A DNA stretch of 64,000 bases from positions 4,526,001 through 4,590,000 of the forward strand of contig CDROCS010000253.1 in NCBI GenBank assembly GCA_977020255.1, given 5' to 3'. Positions 40,090-54,240 of the stretch are shown here, piece by piece; positions within the stretch are counted from its first letter, which is position 1, and the number at the start of each line of letters is the position of its first letter. The translations under genes were made by a program, and so were the position numbers. Source of the DNA: Obrimoposthia wandeli. Its lineage: Eukaryota. The notes below the pieces were generated by a model that saw only the letters and a program-made list of their open reading frames with translations, ran no database searches and had not been told where the DNA came from.

Positions 40090-41220
40090 ATGACCTCGCC
40101 AGTTAATAGTACAGTTGTGAGTAAGTTAGCAAGAGAAGAGCTGGTAGATATGATTCCTTATCAATCTGCTAGGCGTCTTTTTGCTAGCGGTGATAATGAA
40201 CAAGCTAATAGTAAGATTTGGTTAAATGCCAATGAAGCGCCTGGACAAGGTTTGTATCAATTAAACAGCGAGAATATTAATCGTTACCCTGACTTTCAAC
40301 CCAAAGCACTATTAAGCGCCTACAGTAATTATTGTAATTTACCTGTTGATAACATACTGGCAACTCGAGGTGCAGATGAAGGTATTGAATTAATTATTCG
40401 TAGTTTCTGTCGTGCTTATCAAGATAGCGTCCTTATCTGCCCACCAACTTATGGTATGTATGCTATCAGCGCAGAAAATCACGGTGCTGGTATTATTAGC
40501 GTACCATTAGTTAATACCGCAGAGGCAAAATACCAGCTAGACCTTGAAGGATTGAAACAACAAGTAGGAAAAGCAAAAGTTGTCTTTTTATGCTCGCCAG
40601 GAAACCCTACAGGTAACACCTTACCATCAGCACAAATTAAAGCCGCAATTGAGATTTTTAAAGACAGCGCTATGGTTGTTGTAGATGAAGCCTATTATGA
40701 ATATACCAATAAAGAGTTTGGTGCTGAGCAAGTAAACAATAAACTCATTAGCCAATGTGGTAACGTAATTATACTAAGAACCTTATCAAAAGCTTTTGCC
40801 TTAGCAGGTTTACGCTGTGGTTTTACCTTATCGAGTAAAGAAGTTATCACACTACTGAGTAAGGTTATTGCGCCTTATCCTATTGCAGCACCTGTTGCTG
40901 AAATTGCTAGCAAGGCATTAACGAATGATTTAGGTGTTATGCAAGCTAGAGTAAATTCTGCCAATAGTTTACGTGAGCAATTGAGTGAATGGCTGAAGCA
41001 ACAAAAGTGGTGTAGTGATGTTTTTAACAGCGACGCTAATTTTGTACTATTTCGTTGTAATAATATCGATGAGAAAAACAAGGTATTTAACTTCTTGGTA
41101 GAGCATAACATCTTAATTCGTGATCAGTCTAAACAACTACAGCTTGATAATTGCCTTCGAATAAGTATTGGCAGTGAAGAAGAAATCACGCAGCTAAAGC
41201 AGCTATTAGACACACTATAA
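40090..41220 (+). CDS. hisC: Histidinol-phosphate aminotransferase
   Basis: LNANE, NRYP, GADEGI, VDEAYYE, RTLSKAFALAGLR. Confidence 0.97.
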   Translation: MTSPVNSTVVSKLAREELVDMIPYQSARRLFASGDNEQANSKIWLNANEAPGQGLYQLNSENINRYPDFQPKALLSAYSNYCNLPVDNILATRGADEGIELIIRSFCRAYQDSVLICPPTYGMYAISAENHGAGIISVPLVNTAEAKYQLDLEGLKQQVGKAKVVFLCSPGNPTGNTLPSAQIKAAIEIFKDSAMVVVDEAYYEYTNKEFGAEQVNNKLISQCGNVIILRTLSKAFALAGLRCGFTLSSKEVITLLSKVIAPYPIAAPVAEIASKALTNDLGVMQARVNSANSLREQLSEWLKQQKWCSDVFNSDANFVLFRCNNIDEKNKVFNFLVEHNILIRDQSKQLQLDNCLRISIGSEEEITQLKQLLDTL

Positions 41221-42359
<1,139 letters not shown>

Positions 42360-42360
<1 letters not shown>

Positions 42361-43028
42361 TGACAAAGGTAATGACTTCAGCAAAATATGTCATTGTAGA
42401 TACCGGTTGTGCGAATTTATCTTCAGTTAAGTTCGCCGTTGAAAGACTAGGCTTTGAGGTAACTATCACAGATGATGTAACGATAATCCAACAAGCTGAA
42501 AAAGTTATATTACCCGGTGTTGGTAGTGCTAAACATGCCATGGCTAACATTAAAGCTAAGAATTTAGTCGCTGTTTTGCAAGGATTAACTCAACCTGTAC
42601 TTGGCTTTTGCTTAGGTATGCAGTTAATGACTGAGTCTTCTACTGAAGGCAGCCGTGATGACAATACAAGCAACATAGTACCTTGCTTAAACTTAATCCC
42701 TACCAACGTTGAACCATTAAAAGCACAAGGGAATAGATTGCCACATATGGGCTGGAATACACTCAGCCAAGTAAGTAATCATCCTGTTTTTAAAGGTATT
42801 TCCGAAGGTGATTACTTCTATTTTGTTCACAGCTTTGCTGCGCCAATAAGTGACTACACCATCGCTAGCTGCGAATATGGTAGTACCTTCTCGGCAGCCA
42901 TTGCCAAAGACAACTTTATTGGCTGTCAATTTCACCCTGAGCGTTCAAGTGCTTTGGGCAGTAAAATAATCCAAAACTTTCTCGAATTAGACGCTACAGA
43001 ACTTAATCAGGAGCAAACAAAGCTATGA
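42360..43028 (+). CDS. hisH: IGP synthase glutamine amidotransferase subunit
   Basis: LPGVG, FCLGMQ, PHMGWN, YFVHS, QFHPERS. Confidence 0.97.
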
Positions 43029-43765
43029 TGATCCCAGCAATTGACCTAATCAATGGTGAAGTTGTTCGCTTATATCAAGGCGACTATGCTCAAAAAACAA
43101 ATTACCAATTCACCGTTCAAGAACGTCAACAAGCTTATGCTAAATCAGGTGCCACTGTTATGCACTTTGTTGATTTAGATGGCGCTAAAGACAGTACAAA
43201 ACGCCAACTCGAAACCTTGAAAACAGTGGTTAAACACCCTTCAATGATTATTCAAGTTGGTGGCGGCGTGCGTTGTGAAGATGATGTAAAACAGCTACTC
43301 GCATTAGGTGCAGATCGTGTTGTTATTGGCAGTTTAGCCATTAAACAGCCAGAGCTTGTGACTCAATGGGTTAAAACATATGGTTGTGAAAAAATTGTAT
43401 TAGCGCTAGACATTAAAATTGATGCACAAGGCAATAAAACATTGCCTACGCATGGCTGGATTGAAGATAGCGGTGTTAACCTAGAAGATTTACTTGCGCA
43501 ATATCAAGATGCAGGCATCAAACACGTATTATGTACTGACATTAGTAAAGACGGTACGTTAACCGGCACTAATGTTGATTTATATAGCGAAGTTTGTGCA
43601 AAATACCCTGAGATTGATTGGCAAGCTTCAGGCGGTATTGGCAGCTTAGATGATATTAAAGCATTAATTCCAACGGGCGTTAGTGGCGTTATATTAGGTC
43701 GTTCGTTGCTTGAAGGTAAGTTTACCCTTGAACAAGCAATCGATTGCTGGCCTCAATCGTCATAA
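43025..43765 (+). CDS. hisA: ProFAR isomerase
   Basis: IPAIDL..G.VVRLYQGDY, VDLDGA, QVGGG, TDISKDG, QASGG. Confidence 0.97.
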   Translation: MMIPAIDLINGEVVRLYQGDYAQKTNYQFTVQERQQAYAKSGATVMHFVDLDGAKDSTKRQLETLKTVVKHPSMIIQVGGGVRCEDDVKQLLALGADRVVIGSLAIKQPELVTQWVKTYGCEKIVLALDIKIDAQGNKTLPTHGWIEDSGVNLEDLLAQYQDAGIKHVLCTDISKDGTLTGTNVDLYSEVCAKYPEIDWQASGGIGSLDDIKALIPTGVSGVILGRSLLEGKFTLEQAIDCWPQSS

Positions 43766-43786
43766 AAAGAATGTCAACTGCATTGT

Positions 43787-43843
43787 CGTCACTCTTCACG
43801 CCATCACTTATAAAACATAAGTTCAGGCGTTCATCATTTGACG
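43787..43843. repeat. Nested palindromic insert between hisA and hisF
   Basis: CGTCA/TGACG, ACGCC/GGCGT and central ACTTAT-aaaac-ATAAGT. Confidence 0.5.
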
Positions 43844-43937
43844 GTTTTGTTTAAATCCATTTTATTTAGATTAAAGCTTAATTAAACATTCAATTAGATA
43901 CTTAATTAGAAAAATTGTGAAGTAAGGAATATGCTAA

Positions 43938-44726
43938 ATGTTAGCTAGAAGAATTATTCCCTGTCTCGATGTACGTGATGGCAAGGTAGTAAAAGGTGTA
44001 CAATTCCGTAATCATGAAATCATTGGTGATATTGTACCACTCGCAAAGCAATATGCTGAAGCGGGTGCAGATGAATTAGTTTTTTATGATATTACTGCAA
44101 GCTCTGATGGTCGTGTGGTAGACAAAAGCTGGGTAAGTCGTATAGCAGAAGTTATTGATATTCCTTTTTGTGTTGCTGGCGGTATAAAAAGCGAGGCTGA
44201 TGCTAAAGAAATTTTAATGATGGGTGCAGATAAAATTAGCATAAACTCCCCTGCTCTAAGAGATCCTGAACTTATTACTCGCTTAGCCGATGTTTTTGGT
44301 CAACAGTGTATTGTCGTTGGTGTTGATAGTTTTTATAATAAAGATGCTAATGATGGCAAAGGCGAATATCAAGTCTATCAATTTACTGGTGATGAAAAAC
44401 GTACCCAGCAAACCGGATGGACTACGTTTGATTGGATTAAGAAAGTCGTTAGCTTAGGCGCTGGTGAAATAGTTTTGAACTGTATGAATCAAGATGGTGT
44501 TCGTCAAGGTTATGATATTGAGCAATTGAAACAAGCAAGAGCGGTATGCAATGTGCCTTTAATCGCCTCTGGCGGTGCAGGAACTATGGAGCATTTCAGT
44601 GATGTCTACCTACAAGCCGATGTTGATGGCGCACTAGCCGCATCAGTTTTTCATAAAGGTGTTATTGCTATTAAAGACTTAAAAGATTATTTAAAAGACC
44701 AAAATATTGAGGTGAGACCATGTTAG
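43938..44726 (+). CDS. hisF: IGP synthase cyclase subunit
   Basis: [47 protein letters not shown]. Confidence 0.98.
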   Translation: MLARRIIPCLDVRDGKVVKGVQFRNHEIIGDIVPLAKQYAEAGADELVFYDITASSDGRVVDKSWVSRIAEVIDIPFCVAGGIKSEADAKEILMMGADKISINSPALRDPELITRLADVFGQQCIVVGVDSFYNKDANDGKGEYQVYQFTGDEKRTQQTGWTTFDWIKKVVSLGAGEIVLNCMNQDGVRQGYDIEQLKQARAVCNVPLIASGGAGTMEHFSDVYLQADVDGALAASVFHKGVIAIKDLKDYLKDQNIEVRPC

Positions 44727-45340
44727 TAAACAAAGAAAATATCGATGCGTTAGCATGGCAGAAAATGGACAACCTAATTCCTGCTATCATTCAACACGCA
44801 GCAACAGGTGCCGTGTTAATGCAAGGTTATATGAACCAAGCATCTTTGGAAGCAACCCTAACAACGGGAAAGGCAACGTTCTTTAGCCGCTCTAAACAAG
44901 CACTATGGGTTAAGGGCGAAACTTCAGGAAACTTTCTAGAAGTTAAACAAATATTGACTGATTGTGATAACGATAGTTTACTCATTGCTTGTGAGCCTAT
45001 CGGTCCAAGTTGTCACTTAGGGACTGAGTCTTGCTTCCCAGAGCAAAAGCTTACCCAACAAAACTTTTTAAGCCAACTTGAGCAAGTCATTCAACAGCGT
45101 AAAGATGATGATCCTAAAGAAAGTTACACCGCTCACTTATTCTCTCGCGGTACCACTAAAATGGCTCAAAAAGTAGGTGAAGAAGGTGTTGAAGTAGCAC
45201 TTGCTGCTGTCGCAGAAACCAGAGAAGACTTATTAGGAGAGTGCGCTGATTTGTTCTACCACACCCTAGTATTACTGGCTGATCAAAAAATTGAACTCAG
45301 TGAAGTTATGGAAGTATTGCAAACACGTCATAATAAATAG
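44720..45340 (+). CDS. hisIE: Bifunctional PR-AMP cyclohydrolase / PR-ATP pyrophosphatase
   Basis: [29 protein letters not shown]. Confidence 0.96.
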   Translation: MLVNKENIDALAWQKMDNLIPAIIQHAATGAVLMQGYMNQASLEATLTTGKATFFSRSKQALWVKGETSGNFLEVKQILTDCDNDSLLIACEPIGPSCHLGTESCFPEQKLTQQNFLSQLEQVIQQRKDDDPKESYTAHLFSRGTTKMAQKVGEEGVEVALAAVAETREDLLGECADLFYHTLVLLADQKIELSEVMEVLQTRHNK

Positions 45341-45376
45341 TCCTACTAAGTTAATGAAAAATTAAGCTGCTTAGCT

Positions 45377-45424
45377 AAATACCAGCACCCTTGATATATT
45401 TATAAAACAAGGATGCTGGTATTT
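45377..45424. terminator. Hairpin after his operon
   Basis: AAATACCAGCA-CCCTTG...CAAGG-ATGCTGGTATTT. Confidence 0.65.
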
Positions 45425-45675
45425 CTCAACAGCGAAGTCACTTATAATCTAATACCGTTATTTAAGACAAGTTGACCCAATGACTGTCATCTTGCGTCAT
45501 TAACTAACACACAACCCTTCACCACCATTTTTTCATGGCAAAGACTCCTATCTTAGTTAAATAGCACCCTTATTTATATCCGTGATGATATCTCTTGAAC
45601 CTAAGTCGTTCTTCATTATAATAGCCGGATAATTTACATAAAATCCCCTATACAAGTACCAGCTAAGGAGTGGTT

Positions 45676-45978
45676 ATGTTTAAGCGTAGAGCAATTAAAA
45701 AATACGGAAATCAACTATTACCCAAGCTGCAAAAGCGTTATGGCGAACAAACTTTTTATAATGCCAGCCAAGTCAGATCGACCATTTATCAATGTAACTT
45801 CAATCCGAGCTATTTGCCACTTGCCTATCTACTCTTTCTTGATTCGTGTGCATTAAATAAAGTCACTGCGACTGAATTCCCTGAACTGTGTATGAGAAAA
45901 TACAAACAAGAAATCAAAGACTATCTTGATGACCGTAAGTATTATGGCTACCTAAAATTTTTAAGCATTCAACAGTAA
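45676..45978 (+). CDS. Small basic conserved-looking hypothetical protein (100 aa)
   Basis: AAGGAG RBS; clean ORF directly upstream of the GNAT gene. Confidence 0.7.
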   Translation: MFKRRAIKKYGNQLLPKLQKRYGEQTFYNASQVRSTIYQCNFNPSYLPLAYLLFLDSCALNKVTATEFPELCMRKYKQEIKDYLDDRKYYGYLKFLSIQQ

Positions 45979-45984
45979 TTAATA

Positions 45985-46461
45985 ATGATGACAACAAAGA
46001 CTCTTTGGCAGATAAAAAAATTTTCAGAACTATCACTTGATCAATTATACGATGTACTGAAATTGCGTGTTGATGTTTTTGTTGTTGAGCAAACTTGTTT
46101 CTATCCCGATTTAGATAGTGATAAAGACCTGCTAGATAGACATCCTCAAACATTACATCTATTGGGTTATCACGCAGAGCAACTTGTTGCTTATCTCCGT
46201 ATTTTACCAAAGGGTCAAAATTATCCTAACAATGTAAGCATTGGACGAGTAGTAACAGCACCTCAAGCAAGAGGTGGTGGCTTAGGTCATCAGTTGATGA
46301 CAGAAGGGATAACACTGTGCCAGCAATATTTTCCTAACGAAAGTATTAAGATTTCAGCACAGCAACATTTAAAAGCATATTACCAGCAACATGGTTTTAT
46401 TCAGGTATCAGAAATGTACCTAGAAGATGATATACCGCACATTGCTATGATTCGAAAATAA
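45985..46461 (+). CDS. elaA: ElaA-family GNAT acetyltransferase
   Basis: LRVDVFVVEQTCFYPDLD, IGRVV, ISAQQHL..YY..HGF, YLEDDIPHI.M. Confidence 0.88.
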   Translation: MMTTKTLWQIKKFSELSLDQLYDVLKLRVDVFVVEQTCFYPDLDSDKDLLDRHPQTLHLLGYHAEQLVAYLRILPKGQNYPNNVSIGRVVTAPQARGGGLGHQLMTEGITLCQQYFPNESIKISAQQHLKAYYQQHGFIQVSEMYLEDDIPHIAMIRK

Positions 46462-46487
46462 AATAAGACTATAGCGATAATAAAAAC

Positions 46488-46514
46488 AAAAAAACTCGCC
46501 TTAGCGAGTTTTTT
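46488..46514. terminator. Bidirectional terminator between elaA and adk
   Basis: AAAAAAACTCGC-ctta-GCGAGTTTTTT. Confidence 0.85.
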
Positions 46515-46534
46515 ATTAACTGAATTATTATAAT

Positions 46535-47302
<768 letters not shown>

Positions 47303-47352
47303 CTATACAAGTTAGGCTATGTGCAAACAAGTGGTGAAAGAGCGGATTGAAC

Positions 47353-47390
47353 AAAAAAGGAGGTGTTTCATGCATGAAACCCTCCTTTTT
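47353..47390. terminator. Terminator after htpG
   Basis: AAAAAAGGAGG-TGTTTCAT-gc-ATGAAAC-CCTCCTTTTT. Confidence 0.8.
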
Positions 47391-47433
47391 AAGACTAAAG
47401 TACTAGCTAAATCTTACGTTAAGATTAATTAAT

Positions 47434-49395
47434 TTACTTAGTTAGACTTAGCATTAGTTTGTTCAAACGTGAAACGAAGCTTGCTGGATCTTTTAAGCTA
47501 CCGCGCTCTGCTAACATCGCTTGTTCAAATAATACTTCAACCCACTGGTTGAACAACTCATCATCTTGCTCATCAGCTACATGCTTAATCAGTGCATGTT
47601 CACCATTAATCTCAAAGATAGGTAAAGTATCAGGTACTTCTTGACCAACTGATGCCATTAGCTTCGCCATTTGGCTACTCATATCGTCATCATCTGCAAC
47701 AATACACGCAGGTGATTCAGTTAAGCGTTGAGAAAGTTTAACTTCTTTAACTTTACCTTCTAAACTACCTTTAATGCGTTTAACAACAGAGTCATACTCT
47801 TTTTCAAGTTTCTCTTGCGCTTCTTTTGTTTCAGCATCATCCATGTCGCCAAGATCAAGGCCACCACGAGTAACTGACTGTAATTGCTTACCATCAAATT
47901 CAGTTAGGTGACTAACTAACCATTCATCAATGCGATCTGACATTAATAATACTTCAATGCCCTTCTTACGGAATACTTCTAAGTGAGGACTATTCTTTGC
48001 AGCTTCAAAACTATCAGCAACTACAAAGTAAACTTTATCCTGACCTTCCTTCATACGTTCAATATATGAAGCGATAGAAACATTCTGTGTAGTTGAATCT
48101 TCATGGGTAGAAGCAAAACGAAGTAGACCAGCGATTTGTTCTTTATTAGATTGATCTTCAGCAGGGCCTTCTTTTAATACTTGGCCAAATTCATCCCAAA
48201 AACCTTGGTACTTATCAGCATCGTTTTTACCTAATTTTTCAAGCATTTTTAAAACGCGCTTAGTACAGCCTTTTCGAATCGCTTGAGTAATTTTGTTATC
48301 TTGCAAAATTTCACGAGAAACGTTCAATGGTAAGTCATTAGAATCTAAAAGACCTTTTACAAAACGTAAGTAAGTCGGCATGAACTGCTCTGCATCATCC
48401 ATAATAAATACACGCTGAACAAACAACTTCAAGCCATGCTGTTTTTCACGGTTGTACATATCAAATGGTGCTTTACTTGGTACATATAAAAGAGAAGTAT
48501 ACTCTGTTTTGCCTTCAACCTTATTATGCTCCCATAAAAGTGGATCACCAAAGTCATGAGAAACGTGCTTATAGAACTCTTTGTATTCTTCATCGGTGAT
48601 ATCAGCTTTTTCACGCGTCCATAAAGCAGTCGCCTTATTAACAGGCTCCCAAAGTGCAGGGATAGCATCAACTGCGTCGGCAGCTGGTCTTGTTACATTA
48701 TCTTTTTCATCTGTCACTTCAGCTACAGCTTCAACAGCAGGGACTTCTGCAGTTAACATTTCAACTGAAACAGAAATGTGATCTGAGTACTTAGTAACAA
48801 TAGACTTTAAACGCCAGTCATCAGCGTATTCTGATTCATCTTCTTTTAAATGAAGAATGATATCAGTACCACGATTAGTCTTCTCAATTTTAGCCGTAGT
48901 GAATTCACCTTCACCAGCACTAATCCACTCAACACCATCGGTAGAGCTATTGCCAGCTTTACGAGTACGAACAGTTACTTTATCAGCAACAATAAAGGCA
49001 GAGTAAAAACCCACACCAAATTGACCAATAAGTTGTGAGTCTGATGCTTGATCACCTGAAAGTTGTGAAAAGAATTCAGCAGTACCTGATTTAGCAATAG
49101 TACCAAGGTGTTCAATAACCTCTTCTTGGTTCATGCCTACGCCGTTGTCTGAAATAGTAACCGTATTATTTTCTTTATCACAACTAACACGTACACGTAA
49201 ATCGCCATCATTCTCATAAAGAGCATTATCTGATAATGCTTTGAAACGAAGCTTATCTGCAGCATCAGCAGCATTTGATACTAACTCACGCAAAAATATT
49301 TCTTTGTTTGAATATAGTGAGTGGATCATTAATTGTAGTATTTTGGCGTTGTCCGATGCAAACGCATGATTTTGTACTTGATTAGTTTCTGACAT
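47434..49395 (-). CDS. htpG: Hsp90 chaperone
   Basis: [55 protein letters not shown]. Confidence 0.98.
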   Translation of the reverse strand: MSETNQVQNHAFASDNAKILQLMIHSLYSNKEIFLRELVSNAADAADKLRFKALSDNALYENDGDLRVRVSCDKENNTVTISDNGVGMNQEEVIEHLGTIAKSGTAEFFSQLSGDQASDSQLIGQFGVGFYSAFIVADKVTVRTRKAGNSSTDGVEWISAGEGEFTTAKIEKTNRGTDIILHLKEDESEYADDWRLKSIVTKYSDHISVSVEMLTAEVPAVEAVAEVTDEKDNVTRPAADAVDAIPALWEPVNKATALWTREKADITDEEYKEFYKHVSHDFGDPLLWEHNKVEGKTEYTSLLYVPSKAPFDMYNREKQHGLKLFVQRVFIMDDAEQFMPTYLRFVKGLLDSNDLPLNVSREILQDNKITQAIRKGCTKRVLKMLEKLGKNDADKYQGFWDEFGQVLKEGPAEDQSNKEQIAGLLRFASTHEDSTTQNVSIASYIERMKEGQDKVYFVVADSFEAAKNSPHLEVFRKKGIEVLLMSDRIDEWLVSHLTEFDGKQLQSVTRGGLDLGDMDDAETKEAQEKLEKEYDSVVKRIKGSLEGKVKEVKLSQRLTESPACIVADDDDMSSQMAKLMASVGQEVPDTLPIFEINGEHALIKHVADEQDDELFNQWVEVLFEQAMLAERGSLKDPASFVSRLNKLMLSLTK

Positions 49396-49451
49396 CTAAA
49401 ATATCTCCGGTGAAAAATTATTAATGTACTTTTAAAAAGTTGTTAGAAACT

Positions 49452-49479
49452 ATGTGGGGTTAAGGATAGAAAATTCAAG
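49452..49479 (-). promoter_or_regulatory. sigma32 (RpoH) promoter of htpG
   Basis: Minus strand CTTGAA-N14-CCCCACAT versus consensus CTTGAA-N13/14-CCCCATNT. Confidence 0.75.
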
Positions 49480-49639
49480 GGAGAACTATAAATGCCCGGC
49501 AATTGATAATAAGAAATTCAATAAATGAACGAATATTCAACGTTATGGAGACAGTAAATAAATTTGGTCTACTGTTTTCTCAGTATGATTTAAAATATGA
49601 ATGAATCTATAGCTAAGAAGGTAAACTTAAGAAGGAAAT

Positions 49640-49671
49640 AAAAATGCCTGAGTAGGAAACCTACTCAGGCA
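49640..49671 (-). terminator. Orphan intrinsic terminator (no ORF upstream)
   Basis: TGCCTGAGTAGG-ttt-CCTACTCAGGCA-TTTTT on the minus strand; perfect 12-bp stem. Confidence 0.8.
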
Positions 49672-50087
49672 ATGTATACTTGCGAAAAATGATTGACAGA
49701 CCAGGTTTAGCACAAAGTATGCAGTTATTAACTTGTTGTTCAGGGAGTAAACTACAATTTATTAACTCGCTAACATTACCTTATAGCAAAGGTAATACAA
49801 ACAGCTTATTTCTAATATAGTATTACATTTTAGCATAACTAACCACCTAAATTGAATATATATTCCATATCTTAGACATCATAAATACTCTAACCTAATG
49901 TAATCATAAGACTTTAAGCCTATATACTATCAAATAAATTAATTTATAAATTTTATATTTATTTAAATAGAAGATAGTAAAAATACTGATACTTTCGAAT
50001 AGGAGCTTAACTAGCCCAAGTTATACCATCCATCGACGCAGTTGTATCTCACTTCACTACCGCCAATACTTTCAAAGGCCAGACAGC

Positions 50088-50116
50088 AAAAAGCCCGTTA
50101 CTTTCGTAACGGGCTT
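50088..50116 (-). terminator. rRNA operon terminator
   Basis: AAGCCCGTTAC-gaaa-GTAACGGGCTTTTT on the minus strand, just after 5S. Confidence 0.9.
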
Positions 50117-50142
50117 CTCGTGTGCCGCAGCACAAATTAGAA

Positions 50143-50259
50143 GTCTAGCAATGTCCTACTCTCACATGGGAACTCCCACACTACCATCGGCGCAACTGCG
50201 TTTCACTTCTGAGTTCGGAAAGGGATCAGGTGGGGCCACAGCGCTATTGTCGCTAAACA
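50143..50259 (-). rRNA. rrf: 5S rRNA
   Basis: CCACCTGATCCCTTTCCGAACTCAGAAGTGAAAC and GATGGTAGTGTGGG..CCCATGTGAGAGTAGG conserved blocks. Confidence 0.97.
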
Positions 50260-50423
50260 AAAAGGGGACAATCTTAGAAAGCTTGCTCAATGAGCTATAA
50301 ATATCGTTTGGTTTTCTTGGTTCAAGTAACACGTAAGTACGTGATTTTACATTTATGTAGTTGTCAGTCTTTATACAAATCACTTATCAGTTCACTTTTC
50401 AGCAAAACTACTTGGGTGTTGTA

Positions 50424-50559
50424 TGGTTAAGCCTCACGGGCAATTAGTATCAGTTAGCTCAATGCCTCGCAGCACTTACACACCTGACCTATCAACGTTG
50501 TAGTCTCCAACGACCCTTTAGGGAGCTTAAAGCTCCAGTGAGAACTCATCTCAAAGCCT

Positions 50560-50590
<31 letters not shown>

Positions 50591-50759
50591 AGTTCCGAAC
50601 GTAGCTACCGGGCAATGCCATTGGCATGACAACCCGAACACCAGTGGTTCGTCCACTCCGGTCCTCTCGTACTAGGAGCAGCCCTCTTCAATTCTCAAAC
50701 GCCCACGGCAGATAGGGACCGAACTGTCTCACGACGTTCTAAACCCAGCTCGCGTACCA

Positions 50760-50792
<33 letters not shown>

Positions 50793-50794
50793 GA

Positions 50795-50837
<43 letters not shown>

Positions 50838-50866
50838 ACCGCCGTCGATATGAACTCTTGGGCGGT

Positions 50867-50965
<99 letters not shown>

Positions 50966-51043
50966 GTGTCTGTCTCGCAGTTAAGCTGGCTTATGCCATT
51001 GCACTAACCGTACGATGTCCGACCGTACTTAGCCAACCTTCGT

Positions 51044-51086
<43 letters not shown>

Positions 51087-51347
51087 ACCCACCAGACAGT
51101 GTCCCCAAGCCCGATAAGGGCCCTAGGTTAGAACATCACGCATACAAGGGTGGTATTTCAAGATTGGCTCCACTTCATCTAGCGACAAAGTTTCAACGCC
51201 TCCCACCTATCCTACACATGTAGGAGCAATGTTCACTGTCAAGCTATAGTAAAGGTTCACGGGGTCTTTCCGTCTAGCCGCGGGTATACGGCATCTTAAC
51301 CGCAAATTCAATTTCACTGAGTCTCGGGTGGAGACAGTGTGGCCATG

Positions 51348-51442
<95 letters not shown>

Positions 51443-52319
51443 CATCAGCTTCGTCCGAGGACTAACCGAATCAATTAACCTTCCGGCACCGGGCAGGCGT
51501 CACACCGTATACGTCATCTTTCGATTTTGCACAGTGCTGTGTTTTTAATAAACAGTTCCAGCCACCTGGTTACTTCGACTACTCTTCGCTTACACCGCAA
51601 GGGTTTAACGTTGAGCAGCGTACCTTCTCCCGAAGTTACGGTACTATTTTGCCTAGTTCCTTCACCCGAGTTCTCTCAAGCGCCTTAGTATTCTCTACCT
51701 AACCACCTGTGTCGGTTTGGGGTACGGTTCCTATATATCTGAAGCTTAGAAGCTTTTCCTGGAAGCATGGCATCAATGACTTCATCACCGTAGTGACTCG
51801 TCTCGACTCTCAGTGTTGAATGAAGACCCGGATTTACCTAAGTCAACCACCTACTATCTTTCACACGGACTACCAACGCCGTGCTCATCTAGCCTACTCC
51901 GTCCCTCCTTCGCAATATATAGAAGTACAGAAATATTAATCTGTTTCCCATCGACTACGCGTTTCCGCCTCGCCTTAGGGGCCGACTTACCCTGCCCTGA
52001 TTAACATGGGACAGGAAACCTTGGTCTTTCGGCGGGGGAGTTTTTCACTCCCCTTATCGTTACTCATGTCAGCATTCGCACTTCTGATACCTCCAGCAAA
52101 CTTCTCAATTCACCTTCAACGGCTTACAGAACGCTCCCCTACCACTTGCAATAAATTGCAAATCCGCAGCTTCGGTGACTAGTTTAGCCCCGTTACATCT
52201 TCCGCGCAGACCGACTCGACTAGTGAGCTATTACGCTTTCTTTAAAGGATGGCTGCTTCTAAGCCAACCTCCTAGCTGTCTATGCCTTTCCACATCGTTT
52301 CCCACTTAACTAGTACTTT

Positions 52320-52352
<33 letters not shown>

Positions 52353-53317
52353 CTTCACAACGGACGTTAGCACCCGCAGTGTGTCTCCCGCATATCACTC
52401 ATTGGTATTCGGAGTTTGCAAAGGGTTGGTAAGTCGGGATGACCCCCTAGCCTTAACAGTGCTCTACCCCCAATGGTGTTCGTGCGAGGCTCTACCTAAA
52501 TAGATTTCGGGGAGAACCAGCTATCTCCCGGCTTGATTAGCCTTTCACTCCGACCCACAAGTCATCACCGCATTTTTCAACATACGTGTGTTCGGTCCTC
52601 CAGTTGATGTTACTCAACCTTCAACCTGCCCATGGGTAGATCGCCGGGTTTCGGGTCTATACCCTGCAACTAAACGCGCAGTTAACACTCGCTTTCGCTA
52701 CGGCTCCCCTAATCGGTTAACCTTGCTACAGAATATAAGTCGCTGACCCATTATACAAAAGGTACGCAGTCACCCGACTAAATCGGGCTCCCACTGCTTG
52801 TACGTATGCGGTTTCAGGTTCTATTTCACTCCCCTCACAGGGGTTCTTTTCGCCTTTCCCTCACGGTACTGGTTCACTATCGGTCAGTTAGTAGTATTTA
52901 GCCTTGGAGGATGGTCCCCCCATATTCAGACAAAGTTTCACGTGCTCCGTCCTACTCGATTTCACTTAAAGGTTGCTTTAGTATACGGGACTATCACCCT
53001 GTATCGTTGTCCTTTCCAGAACATTCTACTAGCGCCCAATAAGCTTAAGGGCTGATTCGCGTTCGCTCGCCGCTACTAACGAAATCTCGGTTGATTTCTT
53101 TTCCTCGGGGTACTTAGATGTTTCAGTTCTCCCGGTTCGCTTCGTTACGCTATGTATTCACGTAACGATACCTAGCTTATGCTAAGTGGGTTTCCCCATT
53201 CGGACATCTCAGACTATAACGGTTTTTATCACCTTATCTGAGCTTTTCGCAGATTAACACGTCCTTCATCGCCTCTAACTGCCAAGGCATCCACCACATA
53301 CGCTTAGTCACTTAACC
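50424..53317 (-). rRNA. rrl: 23S rRNA
   Basis: 5' GGTTAAGTGACTAAGCG..GGATGCCTTGGC; 3' GGCTTAACCA; about 2894 nt; universal 23S motifs throughout. Ends approximate. Confidence 0.98.
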
Positions 53318-53825
53318 ATACAACCCTAAGTAGTCTTTCGACACGAAGTACACCGTGGAGACTAATCCAAGGCAATTGTAAAGTCTGACATTTTCACGTA
53401 CTCACCATATCCGAAGACATGGGATGAGTTACTTGATAAGACATCATGTTCTTGCGAACAGTATGAATTCGATAATACGTTCTTGGGAGAACGCACTATC
53501 ACCATTAGCTCATTCACGATAAGAGAATGAGATAACAGCTTGGTATTTATACTGTAACAAACAGCAGCGCGACACCGTGTTTGTTATATAAATACCGATA
53601 TTTATATCAGCTTTCCAGATTGTTAAAGAACTTCAAAGTAGCTCACATTCGGCTATTTTGTGGTTTAAAAAACCAAACTTAACTCATCATCAAATGATGT
53701 TTTAAGTTTGGTCTCTTTCTTTATAAGAAGAAATTATTTCGCCATTGCGAAGTTTTTCTAGGCATTTTGATGCGTCGCATAGTATCTCTTATGCGAGTAT
53801 CGAAATAACAACGAAAAAATCGTAA

Positions 53826-53901
53826 TGGTGGAGCTAAGCAGGATCGAACTGCTGACCTCCTGCGTGCAAGGCAGGCGCTCTCCCAGCTGAGCTATAGCCC
53901 C
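53826..53901 (-). tRNA. tRNA-Ala (TGC)
   Basis: GGGGCTATAGCTCAGCTGGGAGAGCGCCTGCCTTGCACGCAGGAGGTCAGCAGTTCGATCCTGCTTAGCTCCACCA, 76 nt with encoded CCA. Confidence 0.98.
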
Positions 53902-53998
53902 ATCAGGGTATCTTTCAATTTGTTATCATGTAATTTGTGTGAACACTCGTGAAATACAATCCGAAAACTGATTTCCATTAAGCAATTTTACTTCAAGA

Positions 53999-54031
53999 TA
54001 AGGAGGTGATCCAACCCCAGGTTCCCCTAGG

Positions 54032-54062
<31 letters not shown>

Positions 54063-54121
54063 AAACACAAAGTGGTGACCGTCCTCCCCGAAAGGTTAAA
54101 CTAGCCACTTCTTTTGCATCC

Positions 54122-54178
<57 letters not shown>

Positions 54179-54189
54179 ATTCTGATCTA

Positions 54190-54240
<51 letters not shown>

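Noticed and set aside
45914-46210. 98-aa minus-strand ORF across the hypothetical/elaA junction
   Set aside because: Antisense to two well-supported genes.
50424-53317. Possible intervening sequence in 23S rRNA
   Set aside because: Length of about 2894 nt is normal and leaves no room for an insertion.
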